Origin: Phycisphaerales bacterium
GTDB taxonomy: Bacteria > Planctomycetota > Phycisphaerae > Phycisphaerales > UBA1924
Direction of reading: 5' to 3'
Length of the DNA: 64,000 nt
Assembly: GCA_965227605.1 (NCBI GenBank)
Contig: OZ245745.1
Coordinates: 945,694 to 1,009,693, forward strand
Each line of letters begins with the position of its first letter. Within the stretch, counting starts at the first letter, position 1. The translations under genes were made by a program, and so were the position numbers. This document shows positions 30,683 to 41,094 of the stretch, one piece after another. A model generated the notes under the pieces. It did no database searches. It was not told the DNA's origin and saw nothing but the letters and a program-made list of their open reading frames with translations.

Positions 30683-31207
30683 ATGAGCGTTGACGATCCG
30701 CTCGCGGGCCTTGAGCTCGGGATCTCGTCCGTGCGTCCGTTTGTGATGACCTCGGCGTTTGAGAACGACCGCTCGGCGATCCTTGTGGAGTGGTTGCAGC
30801 AGTGCGCGATGTCGCCGCCGATGGTGTGCGTCGCCGTGCGCAAGGGGCGTCCGATCGAGCCCATCATCCGGGACAGCCACGCGTTCGCGCTGTGCGAGAT
30901 CGCCGAGAGCGACCTCACGCTCGACCGCATGATCCGGCGCGCGTGCGAGCACGACGACGACATCCTGGAGTCACTGCCGTACGAGACGCTGCGCACGGGC
31001 TCGCCTTGCATCATGCGCGAGGGGCGGGTGTTCGACTGCGAGGTGATCCGCCACGTTGATTTCGAGGCGGACTACGAGCTGTACATCGCGCAGGTGCTCG
31101 AGGTGAAGCGCTACTCGGCCGAGGAGTGCGCGTCGAACCGCCACCCGCGCCACGCGCACCGACGGCGCGAGAGCGCGGTGACGGCCGAGGTGGCGACCGA
31201 GGCGTAG
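30683..31207 (+). CDS. Flavin reductase-like (FMN-binding split-barrel) domain protein
   Basis: ATG at 30683 preceded by GGAGAGAGAG. Flavin_Reduct-like core (ILVEWLQQCAMSPPMVCVAVRKG ... HAFALCEI). Confidence 0.55.
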   Translation: MSVDDPLAGLELGISSVRPFVMTSAFENDRSAILVEWLQQCAMSPPMVCVAVRKGRPIEPIIRDSHAFALCEIAESDLTLDRMIRRACEHDDDILESLPYETLRTGSPCIMREGRVFDCEVIRHVDFEADYELYIAQVLEVKRYSAEECASNRHPRHAHRRRESAVTAEVATEA

Positions 31208-31213
31208 GCGGGG

Positions 31214-32788
31214 TTATTGCTCCGAGGCTTCGGCGGAGCGCATCATCTGATCGAGCATCGTGCCGATGAGCGCGGTGGTCTCCGCATCGCCGCCGTTCTC
31301 TCCTGTGACCATCACCCGCGGCGTGATCTGCACGCCCTTCTCGCCGACGATCTTGAGCAGTTCGATCATCGCGGCGTTCCCGCGCCCGATCTGCTCGGCG
31401 ATCACGCGGAAGGCTTCGGCCTGGGCTTCGGCCTCGACGCGGATGCGCTCGGCCTGGGCCTGGGCGTCGATGATGCGTCGCTCCTTGTCGCGTTCGGCGA
31501 TCTGGACCTGGTACTGGGCGGTGGCGAGGCGCTTTTCTTCTTCGGCTTCCTGCTGGGTGCGGGTCAGCGCCTTGCGCTGCTCGGCGGCGCGCTGCTGCTC
31601 TTGGAAGGTGATCTGCTCCTGAGTGGCGATCTCGCGGTCGGTCTGTGTTTTAAGGAGCTCGCCGAGGGTGGCCTCGTTGCCGACGTCGCCGATGCGAACG
31701 GCGGTGACGCTGACGCCGAAGGGGCGCATCTGCTGGACAACCATGGCGAGCGATTGTGTTTCCTGCTGCGAGCGCTGCTGTACGTAGTCGAGGGCTTTGA
31801 CGCTCTCGGCGTTGTTGCGGAAGACGGATCGGACGACGGAGGTGAGGCGTTCCGTGAGGGGGGCTCCGTCGGTGCCGAAGTTGGCGACGACCAGCGGGGC
31901 GTCGCTCGGGCGGATCTCATACTCCACGCGCACATCGACGGGGAAAGTAAAGCCGTCGCTCGAGCGCACTTCGATCTCGCGCTGATCGGAGTTTGAGTTC
32001 AGGGACGCCGAGCCAGACCGCGAGCTTTCGGTGTAGCGCACAGTGCGCTGCGCTGTCGAGATGATCGTGACCTCGTAGGCCGAGGTGTTGAGGTAGTACT
32101 TGTCGGGCATATAGGGCGTGCTCCAGATGCCTCGCTCCCCGCGATCGACCAATTCGCCTGTGCCCGTGTCCGGCGGGAGCGCCCCGACGTTGGACTTGAT
32201 CACCGCGACGGTCGTCTTCTCGACATTCGTCAGCGAAACTTTCTCGACTTTGAAGAGCTTCGGGTTGAGGCGGTGCTTGCCCGGCTTGAGCACAGAGGTC
32301 TGAGGACCCTTGAAGCCTCCGCCGCTCGTCAGGAAGTGCTGGGCGTCGAGCATCATGCCGAACTCGCTCTCGTCCCACTCCGGCGCGAAGACGTGCCCGG
32401 TGGGCAGCGGGCGTCCGTCCGCGGCGGTGAGGAGGCCGACTTCGTTCTCGCCGATCTCAACGAGCTTGTGGATCTCGACGTCGAAGATCACGGGCCAGAG
32501 CCAGAAGTGCCAGCCGGGAGGCAGAGTGCTGGCCTGCGGGCCCATCTCGCCCTCGGTGGCGATGATCTTGCCCTCGGCGAGCTTTGAGCCCATGGCGTTC
32601 TTGATGACGACGCCGACCTCGTTCTCGCCCACGAAGCGGATGGAGCTGAGCGCGAAGAAGACAAAGAGCACAGCGAGAGCGCCGACGCCGACCAGGGCGC
32701 GCAGGCCGGCGCCCTTCACCTTCGGGAGGGTGGTCAGGATGGCGATGGCGGCGAAGAGGCCGAGGACGAGGAGGGCGGTAGAGGCCAT
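31214..32788 (-). CDS. SPFH/band-7 flotillin-like membrane protein
   Basis: N-terminal TM helices, SPFH domain, then a long EA-rich coiled coil (EQRKALTRTQQEAEEEKRLATAQYQVQIAERDKERR). Confidence 0.75.
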   Translation of the reverse strand: MASTALLVLGLFAAIAILTTLPKVKGAGLRALVGVGALAVLFVFFALSSIRFVGENEVGVVIKNAMGSKLAEGKIIATEGEMGPQASTLPPGWHFWLWPVIFDVEIHKLVEIGENEVGLLTAADGRPLPTGHVFAPEWDESEFGMMLDAQHFLTSGGGFKGPQTSVLKPGKHRLNPKLFKVEKVSLTNVEKTTVAVIKSNVGALPPDTGTGELVDRGERGIWSTPYMPDKYYLNTSAYEVTIISTAQRTVRYTESSRSGSASLNSNSDQREIEVRSSDGFTFPVDVRVEYEIRPSDAPLVVANFGTDGAPLTERLTSVVRSVFRNNAESVKALDYVQQRSQQETQSLAMVVQQMRPFGVSVTAVRIGDVGNEATLGELLKTQTDREIATQEQITFQEQQRAAEQRKALTRTQQEAEEEKRLATAQYQVQIAERDKERRIIDAQAQAERIRVEAEAQAEAFRVIAEQIGRGNAAMIELLKIVGEKGVQITPRVMVTGENGGDAETTALIGTMLDQMMRSAEASEQ

Positions 32789-32918
32789 GACTTCTGCTTC
32801 CTTTCGTGACGGCGCGGGAAGACGCCGGTCCCGTTTGTAGGGACGACGCGCCTCGCGGTGTCGCGTGGGGCGTGTCCAAAAAGTATCAGATACGACAGGT
32901 CAGCCGGCTGTTGTGGGA

Positions 32919-34154
32919 TCAGCCCCAGGCGGCCAGCAGTATGGCGAGATCGCCCGCGTCGGTGATGGTGTCGCCGTTGAGATCGGCCGCGGGTGTTCCC
33001 CACGCGGCGAGGAGGACGGCGAGGTCGCCCGCGCCGACGGATCCGTCGCCGTCGAAGTCGGCGGGGTCGGAGGCGTCGCAGAGGTTGAGGAGGGCGACGT
33101 TCTGCGAGGGGGTGCCGCTGGCTTTGTCGAAGCGCCCGGCAACGGCGAGGGCGCTGGTGGCGGGGTCGATGGCGATGGCTCGTGCCTCGGGGGCGCCGCC
33201 GTCGAGGGAGAGGCCGCCGGCGAGGATGGTCCACGCGGCGCCGTCCCAGGCGGCGATCGCGCCGGCTTCGCTTGGGCCGAAGTCGCCGGCGGCGAGGAGG
33301 GTGTCGCCTGAGCCGAGGTCGGCGATAAAGAGGTTGTAGACGGGGCCGCCGGGTCCGCTGGCGAGGGTTTGCCAGCCGGCGCCGGAGTTGACGGCGACGT
33401 TGGAAGTGAATTCGCCCGCGGCGTAGAGCGCGGGGCCGGCGCCGAGGTCCGCGGTCAGCACGGAGCGCACCGGGGCGTCGAAGCCGCCGGCGATGTCGTT
33501 CCAGCTGCCGGCGTCGAAGCGGGCAATGTTCTGGAGCTTGTCGCCACCGACGGCGAAGTCGAGATCTCCCGCGGCGACGAGGGCGCCTGTGGGATCGACG
33601 GCGAGATCGAAGACCTCACCGATGAGGCCCTGGCCGACCTGGTTCCATGCGGCGCCGTCCCAGCTCGCGACGGCGCGGGCGCTGTCGCCGCCGGTGAGCC
33701 AGAAGCCCCCGCCGGCGTAGAGGGTGTTGTCGAGAACGAGGAGGGCGTTGGCGGGGCGGTTAAAGCCGGCGCCGGCGGGCCCCCACGACCCGCCGAGCCG
33801 GCGTGCGACCATCGAAGGGAGTTCGGAGCCGATCTGCGTGAAGGCGCCGGCGATCCAGAGCGAGCCGTCGAAGAAGACCGTGTCGATGACGCGGGCGTTG
33901 ACGTCGGCGGCGAGCGAGGACCACGCGGCGCCGTCCCACTGCGCGACGCGCGAGGCGGGCGCTCCGGCGATGGAGGTGAAGACGCCGACGGCGACGAGCA
34001 CGTCGCCCGAGCCGAGGTCGGCGGTGGTGAGCGCGAGCACTTCGGCGGAGGCGCCGGGGTCGGCGACGCCGGTTTCCCAGGTGGGGTCGCAGTCACCGCC
34101 GGCCATCGCGGCGTAGCTCATGAACATGGTGGCGATAAACGACGAGCGGTCCAT
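32919..34154 (-). CDS. Repeat (WDGAAW-motif, propeller-like) protein with C-terminal dockerin-like domain
   Basis: Repeated [VA]xWDGAAWxxL units. C-terminal FDGDGSVGAGDLAVLLAAWG ... DLNGDTITDAGDLAILLAAWG. The N-terminus has no convincing signal peptide, so the start is uncertain. Confidence 0.5.
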   Translation of the reverse strand: MDRSSFIATMFMSYAAMAGGDCDPTWETGVADPGASAEVLALTTADLGSGDVLVAVGVFTSIAGAPASRVAQWDGAAWSSLAADVNARVIDTVFFDGSLWIAGAFTQIGSELPSMVARRLGGSWGPAGAGFNRPANALLVLDNTLYAGGGFWLTGGDSARAVASWDGAAWNQVGQGLIGEVFDLAVDPTGALVAAGDLDFAVGGDKLQNIARFDAGSWNDIAGGFDAPVRSVLTADLGAGPALYAAGEFTSNVAVNSGAGWQTLASGPGGPVYNLFIADLGSGDTLLAAGDFGPSEAGAIAAWDGAAWTILAGGLSLDGGAPEARAIAIDPATSALAVAGRFDKASGTPSQNVALLNLCDASDPADFDGDGSVGAGDLAVLLAAWGTPAADLNGDTITDAGDLAILLAAWG

Positions 34155-34211
34155 GACGCGAGGATACCGCGCGGGGGGCTGATCCGGCGAAGAAAATCCG
34201 ATTCACCGGCG

Positions 34212-36191
34212 TCAGGCGGGGGCGATGATTGGGGGCCAGTCGCGGACGGGCATGCCTTTGCGCGTGTCGCCTTTCGTTTTCGGCGTCGCGTCGAAAGCAA
34301 GGCGTCCCGGGCGTTTGTGGAGATCGCGTCCGGGGTCGCAGTTGGCGGTCCAGTGAAAGAGAGCGCTGTCGGCGTCGTGAACATCCACCTCTTCGCCGAC
34401 GAGGATCGTGAACCTGGGCGCGGGGGCGTCGTGCTCGAGCAGTCGCTCGATGACGGCGCTGTCGTTGTTCTCGGACGAGACGAAGAGCCAGCCGAAACCG
34501 AGTTCTTCAGGCAGCGCGGCGTCGCGCACGCCGGGGAGGGCGCGGATCTGATCGAGGAGCTGTGGCGCCGTCGCGCGTGTGGGGCGCTCGATGTCAGCGT
34601 TCTCTCCGCCGAGGGCGTCGGCTTCTTCGGGCCACGGGCGGGTGGCGTCGAAGCCGATCTTGGTCCCGGCGCCGAGCGCGGGGGCGGCGTGGTCGAGGAT
34701 GTCGAGCGGGCCCTTCACGAGTTCGATGTCGCGGTCGGGGTCGCAGTGCTCGCTGGCCGCGCGGAGGACGGCGAACTCGTCGTGAACATCGACGTCGTGA
34801 TCAACGACGAAGACGCACTTGGTCCAGGCCATCTGCCCGGCGCCCCAGACGCTGGCCATCATGCGCCGCGCCTGCAGCGGGTATTCCTTCTCAATCTGCA
34901 TGACCGCGCAGTTGTGGAAGGCGCCGAACATGGGGAGGTCGTAGTCGCGCACGTCGGGGGTGATCGTGCGTAGCAGCGGCAGGAACAAACGCTCCACACC
35001 CTTGCCCATCCAGTAATCCTCCTGCGGCGGCAGGCCGACGACGGTCGCGGGGAAGATCGGATCCTTGCGCATAGTGACGGCCGTCACTTCAAGGATCGGG
35101 TACCGGTCCGGCAGGGAGTAGAACCCGGTGTGATCGCCGAAGGGGCCCTCGAAGACTCCGCCGGGGCCGAGCGGGACAGCGTTGTGCGCGCGGGGGTCGT
35201 AGCCGGGGGGGCCGGCTTCGTTGCTGACGTAGCCCTCGATGATGATCTCGGCGTTGGCCGGCGCGCTGAGGGGGACGGTTGTGCAGGGGACCATTGGGAT
35301 GCCCTTGCCGTTTAGGAAGCCGGCGAAGAGGAGTTCGGAGATTCCCGGCGGGAGCGGGGCGATGGCGCTGAAGGGGAGGACGCTTTCGCCGCCCAGGGCG
35401 ATGGCGACGGGCATCTTCTTGCCGAGCTTTCTCCATGAGCGCCAGTGGCGGGCGCCGTCGTGATGCATGTGCCAGTGCATGGCGAGGCGGCGGCGCCCGA
35501 GGAGCTGGACGCGGTACATGCCGATGTTGTGGGACGCGGGTTTTTTTACTCCCGTGTCGTCGGCGTGGATGGTGTGGATGCCGGCGAAGGTGATGTAGCG
35601 GCCTTGGTAGTTGGCGTCGTTGATGAGATCGAGCTCTGGGATGCCGTGGTTAATGTCGGCGGGGTAGCCGACGGCGGCGAGGTCGCCGTCGAGGGGCCAG
35701 CACTTGATGATGGGGAGCTGGGTGAGATCGACGTTCTCGGCGAGGGTGACGGTTTCCTGGCAGGGGGCGCGGGAAACCGTGCGCGGCGGGATGCGGAAGA
35801 GGGGGGCGAACTTCTTAAACGCGGCCCAGAGTTCGCGGAGGGAGCGCGGGGGTTCTGGTTTGGTGAGTTCGGCGATGCGGTCGGCGAGGGCGTCCAGACC
35901 GTTGGTCGCGCCGATGGCCATTTCCAGGCGCGTGTAGCTGCCGAGGGCGTTGATGAGGACAGGGATGTCGGAGCCGGCGACGTTTTCGAAGAGGAGGGCC
36001 TTGCCGCCCAGGCGACAGCGGCGGGGGTCGTTTCGGAAGGAGGAGGCGGATGGTTCGCCGGGCGCTTTGCGTTTGGACTCGGCGTCGGCGCGGGCGGCGA
36101 TCTCGAGGAGGGGGCTGACGCGCTCGGGCACGCGCTCGAGCTGGCCCGCTGAGTCGAGGGCGCTGACGAACTCACGGAGCGAGGGGTACAT
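34212..36191 (-). CDS. UbiD-family (4-hydroxybenzoate/menaquinone-pathway) decarboxylase with C-terminal extension
   Basis: The N-terminus MYPSLREFVSALDSAGQL is typical of UbiD. Central conserved region matches the UbiD family. Start set at residue 85 of ORF 34212..36443. Confidence 0.7.
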   Translation of the reverse strand: MYPSLREFVSALDSAGQLERVPERVSPLLEIAARADAESKRKAPGEPSASSFRNDPRRCRLGGKALLFENVAGSDIPVLINALGSYTRLEMAIGATNGLDALADRIAELTKPEPPRSLRELWAAFKKFAPLFRIPPRTVSRAPCQETVTLAENVDLTQLPIIKCWPLDGDLAAVGYPADINHGIPELDLINDANYQGRYITFAGIHTIHADDTGVKKPASHNIGMYRVQLLGRRRLAMHWHMHHDGARHWRSWRKLGKKMPVAIALGGESVLPFSAIAPLPPGISELLFAGFLNGKGIPMVPCTTVPLSAPANAEIIIEGYVSNEAGPPGYDPRAHNAVPLGPGGVFEGPFGDHTGFYSLPDRYPILEVTAVTMRKDPIFPATVVGLPPQEDYWMGKGVERLFLPLLRTITPDVRDYDLPMFGAFHNCAVMQIEKEYPLQARRMMASVWGAGQMAWTKCVFVVDHDVDVHDEFAVLRAASEHCDPDRDIELVKGPLDILDHAAPALGAGTKIGFDATRPWPEEADALGGENADIERPTRATAPQLLDQIRALPGVRDAALPEELGFGWLFVSSENNDSAVIERLLEHDAPAPRFTILVGEEVDVHDADSALFHWTANCDPGRDLHKRPGRLAFDATPKTKGDTRKGMPVRDWPPIIAPA

Positions 36192-36228
36192 TGGTTTCGA
36201 TGGTAGAACGCTTGACGGGAGCGCGTCT

Positions 36229-37215
36229 GTGAACGCAGTGCTTGATCTTGATCGTGTCGAGAAGACGTACGGGCGGAAGGTGCGGGCGCTGCGCGGGGTG
36301 TCGCTGAGCGTTGAGCCGGGGCAGATCTTCGGGTTGCTCGGGCCGAACGGGGCGGGGAAGTCGACGCTGGTGAAGATCCTGCTGGGGATCGTGCGCCCGA
36401 CGAACTGCCATGGGACGATGCTTGGCGAGGCGGTGGGGCACAAGGCGACACTGGCGCGGGTGGGGTATTTGCCTGAGCACGTGCGCTTCCCGGAGCATCT
36501 GACGGGGACGCAGGCGCTGCACTACATCGGGCGGCTGCTGAACATGCCGAGGGGTGAGCGGAAGAAGCGGGCGGACGAGTTGCTGGAGCATGTCGGGTTG
36601 GAGAAGCGTGCGAACTCGCGTGTGGGGGGGTACTCGAAGGGGATGAAGCAGCGGCTGGGGATCGCCCAGGCGTTAATCGGTGATCCGGAGTTGGTGTTTC
36701 TCGACGAGCCTACGGACGGCGTGGACCCGATGGGGCGGCGGCACATCCGCGAGATGCTCATCCAGATGCGGGATAAGGGGAAGACGGTGGTGGTGAACTC
36801 GCATCTTTTAGGCGAGGTGGAGCTGGTGACGGACCGGGTGGCGATTCTGGTGAACGGGTTGGTGCGCAGGTTCGGTGCGATTGATGATCTGGCCGCGGGG
36901 CAGATCGGGTACACGGCAGAGTTCGAGGCGCACGCCACGCTTTCGAGCGCGGAGCTGATGGGCGGGTTGGTGAAAGAGACGGAGTCGGGGCTGCGGATGG
37001 CGGCAGGGGGCGAGCGGGTGGATGTTTCTGACGGGCGGATCAATGTGGAGACGCGGGACGCGAACGTGGTGCAGCCGGTGGTGGACGCGCTGCGGACGAG
37101 GGGGGTGGTGGTGCGATCGCTGAACTACGCGCGACCCTCGCTTGAGGATCTGTTCGTGGCGGCGGTGGAGGAATCGAACGCGACGGATGTAGCGGATGAA
37201 AAGGAGCGCCGGTGA
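36229..37215 (+). CDS. ABC transporter ATP-binding protein
   Basis: Walker A GPNGAGKST, signature YSKGMKQRLGIAQAL and Walker B LVFLDEPTDGVD. GTG start at 36229 or 36238. Confidence 0.85.
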   Translation: MNAVLDLDRVEKTYGRKVRALRGVSLSVEPGQIFGLLGPNGAGKSTLVKILLGIVRPTNCHGTMLGEAVGHKATLARVGYLPEHVRFPEHLTGTQALHYIGRLLNMPRGERKKRADELLEHVGLEKRANSRVGGYSKGMKQRLGIAQALIGDPELVFLDEPTDGVDPMGRRHIREMLIQMRDKGKTVVVNSHLLGEVELVTDRVAILVNGLVRRFGAIDDLAAGQIGYTAEFEAHATLSSAELMGGLVKETESGLRMAAGGERVDVSDGRINVETRDANVVQPVVDALRTRGVVVRSLNYARPSLEDLFVAAVEESNATDVADEKERR

Positions 37216-38384
37216 TGCTGACACAGACGATGGCGCTCTTTATTGATTCGTATCGGGAGCTGAGCGCGAAGAAGATTTTCTGGATCTCGATGGCGATCTC
37301 GGGGTTGATCGTGCTGGTGATCGCGGCGGTGGGGATCTCGGACGAGGGCAACCTGACGGTGCTGTGGTTTGAGACGTCGCTCCCGCTGGGCGATTTCATC
37401 GAGCGCGATGTGTTTTACAAGACCGTCTTCAGCACCCTGGGTTTCCGGATCTGGCTCGCGTGGGGCGCGACGATCCTGGCGCTTGCTTCGACGGCGGGCG
37501 TGTTTCCTGAGTTTCTTTCCAGCGGGTCGATCGATCTCACGCTTTCGAAGCCCATCGGGCGTGCGCGTCTGTTCTTGACCAAGTACGTCGCTTCGCTGCT
37601 CTTTGTTGCGCTGCAGGTGGGTGTGTTCAGCGTGATGGCGTTTCTCGTGATCGGCATCCGCGGGAGCGCGTGGGAGCCCGCGATCTTCTACTCGGTCCCG
37701 CTGGTGACGATTTTCTACAGCTACCTGTTTTGTGTGTGCGCGCTCTTTGGCGTCCTGACGCGCTCGGCGATCACGTCGTTGATCGCCACAGGCGTTTTCT
37801 GGTTTGTGGTGTTCGTAATCGGATCTGCGGAGACCACGCTTCTGTATTTCCGCACGTCTAACGATGTGCGTGTGCACAGCTACCAGACGAGCATCGCGTC
37901 GCTCGAGCGTCGTCAGTCGCGGCCGCTTGATGAGTCAGCGAGTTCGCTTGAGCGCGTGCAGAATTACCGCGACGAGACGGTTGCGGAACTGCGACTGCGC
38001 AACGCGAGGGCGAACCTGGAGTCGGCGCAGGCGGACGCCGAGGGCTTTGCGCTGTATCACCGCATCGCGTTCGGCGTCAAGACGTTGCTGCCGAAGACCA
38101 GCGAGACGCTCGACATGTTGGAGTACCGGCTGATCTCGATGTCGGACATGGATGGTGTGAGGTTCGCCGGCGACGAGTCTGATCCGCGCACTCTCTCCCC
38201 GCGTCTGACGGACGAGGGGGAACTTGATGACGAGCTGGTCGATGCGCAGGACACGCTTACGGCGCTGGAAACCGAAAACCGCCTGCGCTCGCGCTCGGCG
38301 TGGTGGATTCTCGGGACATCGCTGCTGTTTGAGGTTGGGGTTCTGGGGATCGCGGTGTGGCGGTTCCGGCGGCGGGATTTCTAA
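37212..38384 (+). CDS. ABC-2 type transporter permease with long hydrophilic C-terminal extension
   Basis: Overlaps the ATPase stop (ATGA). About 6 TM segments, followed by a ~160-aa charged coiled-coil tail and a final TM. Confidence 0.65.
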   Translation: MMLTQTMALFIDSYRELSAKKIFWISMAISGLIVLVIAAVGISDEGNLTVLWFETSLPLGDFIERDVFYKTVFSTLGFRIWLAWGATILALASTAGVFPEFLSSGSIDLTLSKPIGRARLFLTKYVASLLFVALQVGVFSVMAFLVIGIRGSAWEPAIFYSVPLVTIFYSYLFCVCALFGVLTRSAITSLIATGVFWFVVFVIGSAETTLLYFRTSNDVRVHSYQTSIASLERRQSRPLDESASSLERVQNYRDETVAELRLRNARANLESAQADAEGFALYHRIAFGVKTLLPKTSETLDMLEYRLISMSDMDGVRFAGDESDPRTLSPRLTDEGELDDELVDAQDTLTALETENRLRSRSAWWILGTSLLFEVGVLGIAVWRFRRRDF

Positions 38385-39218
38385 CTAGGCGCCCAGTTCT
38401 CGGCCTCGGTTGCGGGCGGCGGTGATGGCGTTGATCACGGCCTGCATGACGTTGTGGTCGTCGAGGGTGTTGGTCGCGGCGGCTGTTGTGCCGCCCTTGC
38501 TGGTGACGGCGGAGCGGAGGTCGGCGGGCGCTGTCTCGCGCTGGTTCTCAAGGAGGGCGGCGGCGCCGGTGATGACGGCGCGGACGGTTCGGTCGGCGTC
38601 GTTGGGGTCGATGCCGACTTCGATAGCGGCTTTGGTCATGGCCTCGGCGAGGTAGAAGAGGTAGGCGGGGCCGGAGCCGGCGACGGCGGTGAAGGCGTCG
38701 AAGAGTGATTCGTCGATGTCGATCACGTCGCTGACGGAAGTCATGAGGGCGCGGGCGAGGGCGTCGTCGCCTGGTTGCGCGCCGGCGCTCTGGGTGATGG
38801 CGCTGATTCCCTTGCCGATCTGGGCGGGGGTGTTGGGCATGACGCGGACGACGCGGGCCCAGTCGCCGAGGAGGCTGCGGACGCGTGCCCCTGTGGCGCC
38901 GGCGAGGATGCTAATGACGACGCGTGAGGATTCGCCCGCGGTGCGGGCGACGTCGGGCGCGGCTTCGGGGAGGATCTGGGGTTTGACGGCGAGGAGGATC
39001 TGGGTGTTTTCGCTGATGTGAGAGGCGAGGTCGGTGAAGCTGGGGGCGGTGTGGACGCCGGCTTTTGTGAAGACGGTTCGCTTGACCTCGTCGGGGTCGG
39101 CGACGACGATGTTTTGGCTCTCGATCGCCCCGGCGCGGATGGCGGCGAGGAGGATGGCTTGTGCCATGTTCCCGGCGGCGAGGACGGCGAGCTTCGCTGG
39201 CGTTTCGGCGTTGCTCAT
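38385..39218 (-). CDS. proC: Pyrroline-5-carboxylate reductase
   Basis: N-terminal Rossmann KLAVLAAGNMAQAIL and the ProC C-terminal dimerisation domain (GSGPAYLFYLAEAM). Only the last 278 codons of ORF 38385..40862 are real. Confidence 0.85.
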   Translation of the reverse strand: MSNAETPAKLAVLAAGNMAQAILLAAIRAGAIESQNIVVADPDEVKRTVFTKAGVHTAPSFTDLASHISENTQILLAVKPQILPEAAPDVARTAGESSRVVISILAGATGARVRSLLGDWARVVRVMPNTPAQIGKGISAITQSAGAQPGDDALARALMTSVSDVIDIDESLFDAFTAVAGSGPAYLFYLAEAMTKAAIEVGIDPNDADRTVRAVITGAAALLENQRETAPADLRSAVTSKGGTTAAATNTLDDHNVMQAVINAITAARNRGRELGA

Positions 39219-39229
39219 GAAAGGCTCCA

Positions 39230-40099
39230 GTGACCGACGGCGCAGCGGCAGAGATCGAAGAGACGGCGGAAAGCGCCCCGGTTTCGCGCGATCCGTGGGA
39301 GGTGGTGAAGATCGCGCGGCACCCGGAGCGGCCGCAGACGAGAGACTACATCGACCTGATCTTCCGTGATTTTTGCGAGCTGCACGGGGACCGTCGGTTC
39401 GGCGACGATCACGCGATCGTGTGCGGGTTTGCGCGGCTTCGTTCGATGAAGGTGATGCTGATCGGCCAGCACAAGGGGCGCGACACGAAGGAGCGGATCG
39501 CGTGCAACTTCGGGTGCGCGCACCCGGAGGGGTATCGCAAGGCGCTGGCGAAGATGCGTCTGGCGGAGAAGTACGGCGTGCCGATCGTGACGCTGGTGGA
39601 TACACCCGGCGCGTACCCGGGGCTGGGCGCGGAGCAGCGGGGGCAGGCGGAGGCGATCGCGGTGAACCTGCGTGAGATGTCGCGCTTGAAGACGCCGATC
39701 GTGAGTGTGGTGATCGGGGAGGGGGGCTCGGGTGGGGCGCTGGGGATCGCGGTGGCGGATCGCGTGGCGATGATGGAGAACTCGTGGTACTCGGTGATCT
39801 CGCCTGAGGGGTGCGCGGCGATCCTTTGGAAAGTGGCGAACGAGGAAACGAACACCGCGGCGGCGACGGCGCTGAACCTGCGGGCCGAGGACAACCTGAA
39901 GCACGGGATTGTCGATGATGTGATTGAGGAGCCCGAGGGCGGGGCGCACACGGATCACAAGGCGGCGGCGGAGAATCTGGAGAAGTGGCTGGTGGATCGG
40001 GTGCGCCGGCTGCAGCGGACGAAGCGGGAGACGCTGCCGGAGCGGCGTTACAAGCGGTTCCGGGGGTTGGGCTCGTACGCGGAAGCGCCTTCGGAGTAA
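39230..40099 (+). CDS. accA: Acetyl-CoA carboxylase carboxyltransferase subunit alpha
   Basis: [27 protein letters not shown] ... [23 protein letters not shown] ... GEGGSGGAL aligns with AccA throughout. GTG start only 11 nt from the divergent proC start. Confidence 0.85.
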   Translation: MTDGAAAEIEETAESAPVSRDPWEVVKIARHPERPQTRDYIDLIFRDFCELHGDRRFGDDHAIVCGFARLRSMKVMLIGQHKGRDTKERIACNFGCAHPEGYRKALAKMRLAEKYGVPIVTLVDTPGAYPGLGAEQRGQAEAIAVNLREMSRLKTPIVSVVIGEGGSGGALGIAVADRVAMMENSWYSVISPEGCAAILWKVANEETNTAAATALNLRAEDNLKHGIVDDVIEEPEGGAHTDHKAAAENLEKWLVDRVRRLQRTKRETLPERRYKRFRGLGSYAEAPSE

Positions 40100-40215
40100 G
40101 CGTTTCGGGCTTGCGGGCGGGGCTGGGTGGGAGTACAGTTCTCGGCCCTTGCCGCCCGGCGCGTGTGTCGTGATTGGGCGTATTTCGTGCTGTGGCAAGG
40201 CCTTGGAGGCCGTTC

Positions 40216-41094
40216 GTGGCCAAGCGCAAGACCACTTCGAAGAAGAAGACGGCGAAAAAGCCCGCAGGCAAAAAGGCGCCTGCGCGGAAGAAGAGCGCGT
40301 CCAAGAAGAAGACGACCAAGAAGGTCGCGACCAAGAAGGTCGCGAGCAAGAAGACCGGCGCGAAGAAATCGACGAGCCGGAAAAAGGCTGCTTCCAAGAA
40401 AGCGCCTGCGAAGAAGAAGGCAGCTTCGAAGAAGAAGGCTTCGACGACGAAGCGTACGACTACCAAGAAGAGCGCGAAGAAGCCGAGTTCGAAGAAAACG
40501 ACCAGCAAGAAATCACCTGCCAAGAAGACCAGTGCTGCTGGGAAGAAGGCGCCGGCGAAGAAGGGCGGCGCGTCGTCCAAGAAGGCTGATGACGCGAAGC
40601 TGAAAGAGGCACGGGCTGCGGCGTCACGGTTGGCGGCGCTGGCGGGGCTGCCTTCCGTGCAGTCGAACCAGATGGCCGAGCCTGCGGCGGAGAAGAAGAA
40701 GCGTCGTTTAACGAAATCGCCTCTCACGGCGGCGGCGCTGGAGAAGTTCCGCGAGCTGCTGCTTGAGAAGCGGCGCGAGGTGGCGGGGGACGTTTCGGCG
40801 ATCGAGGGCGAGGCGCTGAACCCGTCGCGCTCGGGGTCGCTTTCGTCGCTGCCGCAGCACATGGCGGATCAGGGGTCGGACGAGTTCGAGCAGACGCTGT
40901 CGCTCGGGATCGCGGCGACGCAGCGGAAGCTGCTGATTGAGATTGAGGCGGCGCTCGACCGGATTGATAACGGGGTCTATGGGATCTGCGAGATGACGGG
41001 GCGGGCGATCGCGAAGGCGCGGCTGGAGGCGACGCCGTGGTGTCGGTACAGCCTCGAGGGCGCGCAGATGGCGGACCGCGGGCTGACCCCGTGA
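40216..41094 (+). CDS. Fusion protein: histone-H1-like Lys/Ala-rich N-terminal domain + DksA/TraR-family C-terminal domain (degenerate 2-Cys zinc finger)
   Basis: ~130 aa of KKxxxKK repeats ([25 protein letters not shown]...). Then a coiled coil and [30 protein letters not shown], which resembles the DksA/TraR C4 finger with two Cys replaced. Probable GTG start at 40216, preceded by GGAGG. Confidence 0.65.
   Translation: MAKRKTTSKKKTAKKPAGKKAPARKKSASKKKTTKKVATKKVASKKTGAKKSTSRKKAASKKAPAKKKAASKKKASTTKRTTTKKSAKKPSSKKTTSKKSPAKKTSAAGKKAPAKKGGASSKKADDAKLKEARAAASRLAALAGLPSVQSNQMAEPAAEKKKRRLTKSPLTAAALEKFRELLLEKRREVAGDVSAIEGEALNPSRSGSLSSLPQHMADQGSDEFEQTLSLGIAATQRKLLIEIEAALDRIDNGVYGICEMTGRAIAKARLEATPWCRYSLEGAQMADRGLTP

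Noticed and set aside
39924-40603. ORFs 39924..40589 (+) and 40127..40603 (+) in alternative frames over the Lys-rich coding repeats
   Set aside because: Frame-shifted readings of the AAGAAG repeats (Glu- and Arg-rich respectively). The Lys/Ala frame continues into the DksA-like domain and is the coherent one.
40216-40620. Possible CRISPR/tandem DNA repeat in the AAGAAG-rich stretch
   Set aside because: The periodicity is codon-level (Lys-Lys-Ala/Thr/Ser) with irregular units. It is protein-coding low complexity, not a repeat-spacer array. No CRISPR array found anywhere in the window.
38385-40862. 825-aa minus ORF extending far upstream of proC through accA and the K-rich gene
   Set aside because: Only the last 278 codons align with ProC. 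The upstream part is the reverse complement of accA and of the AAG-repeat region.
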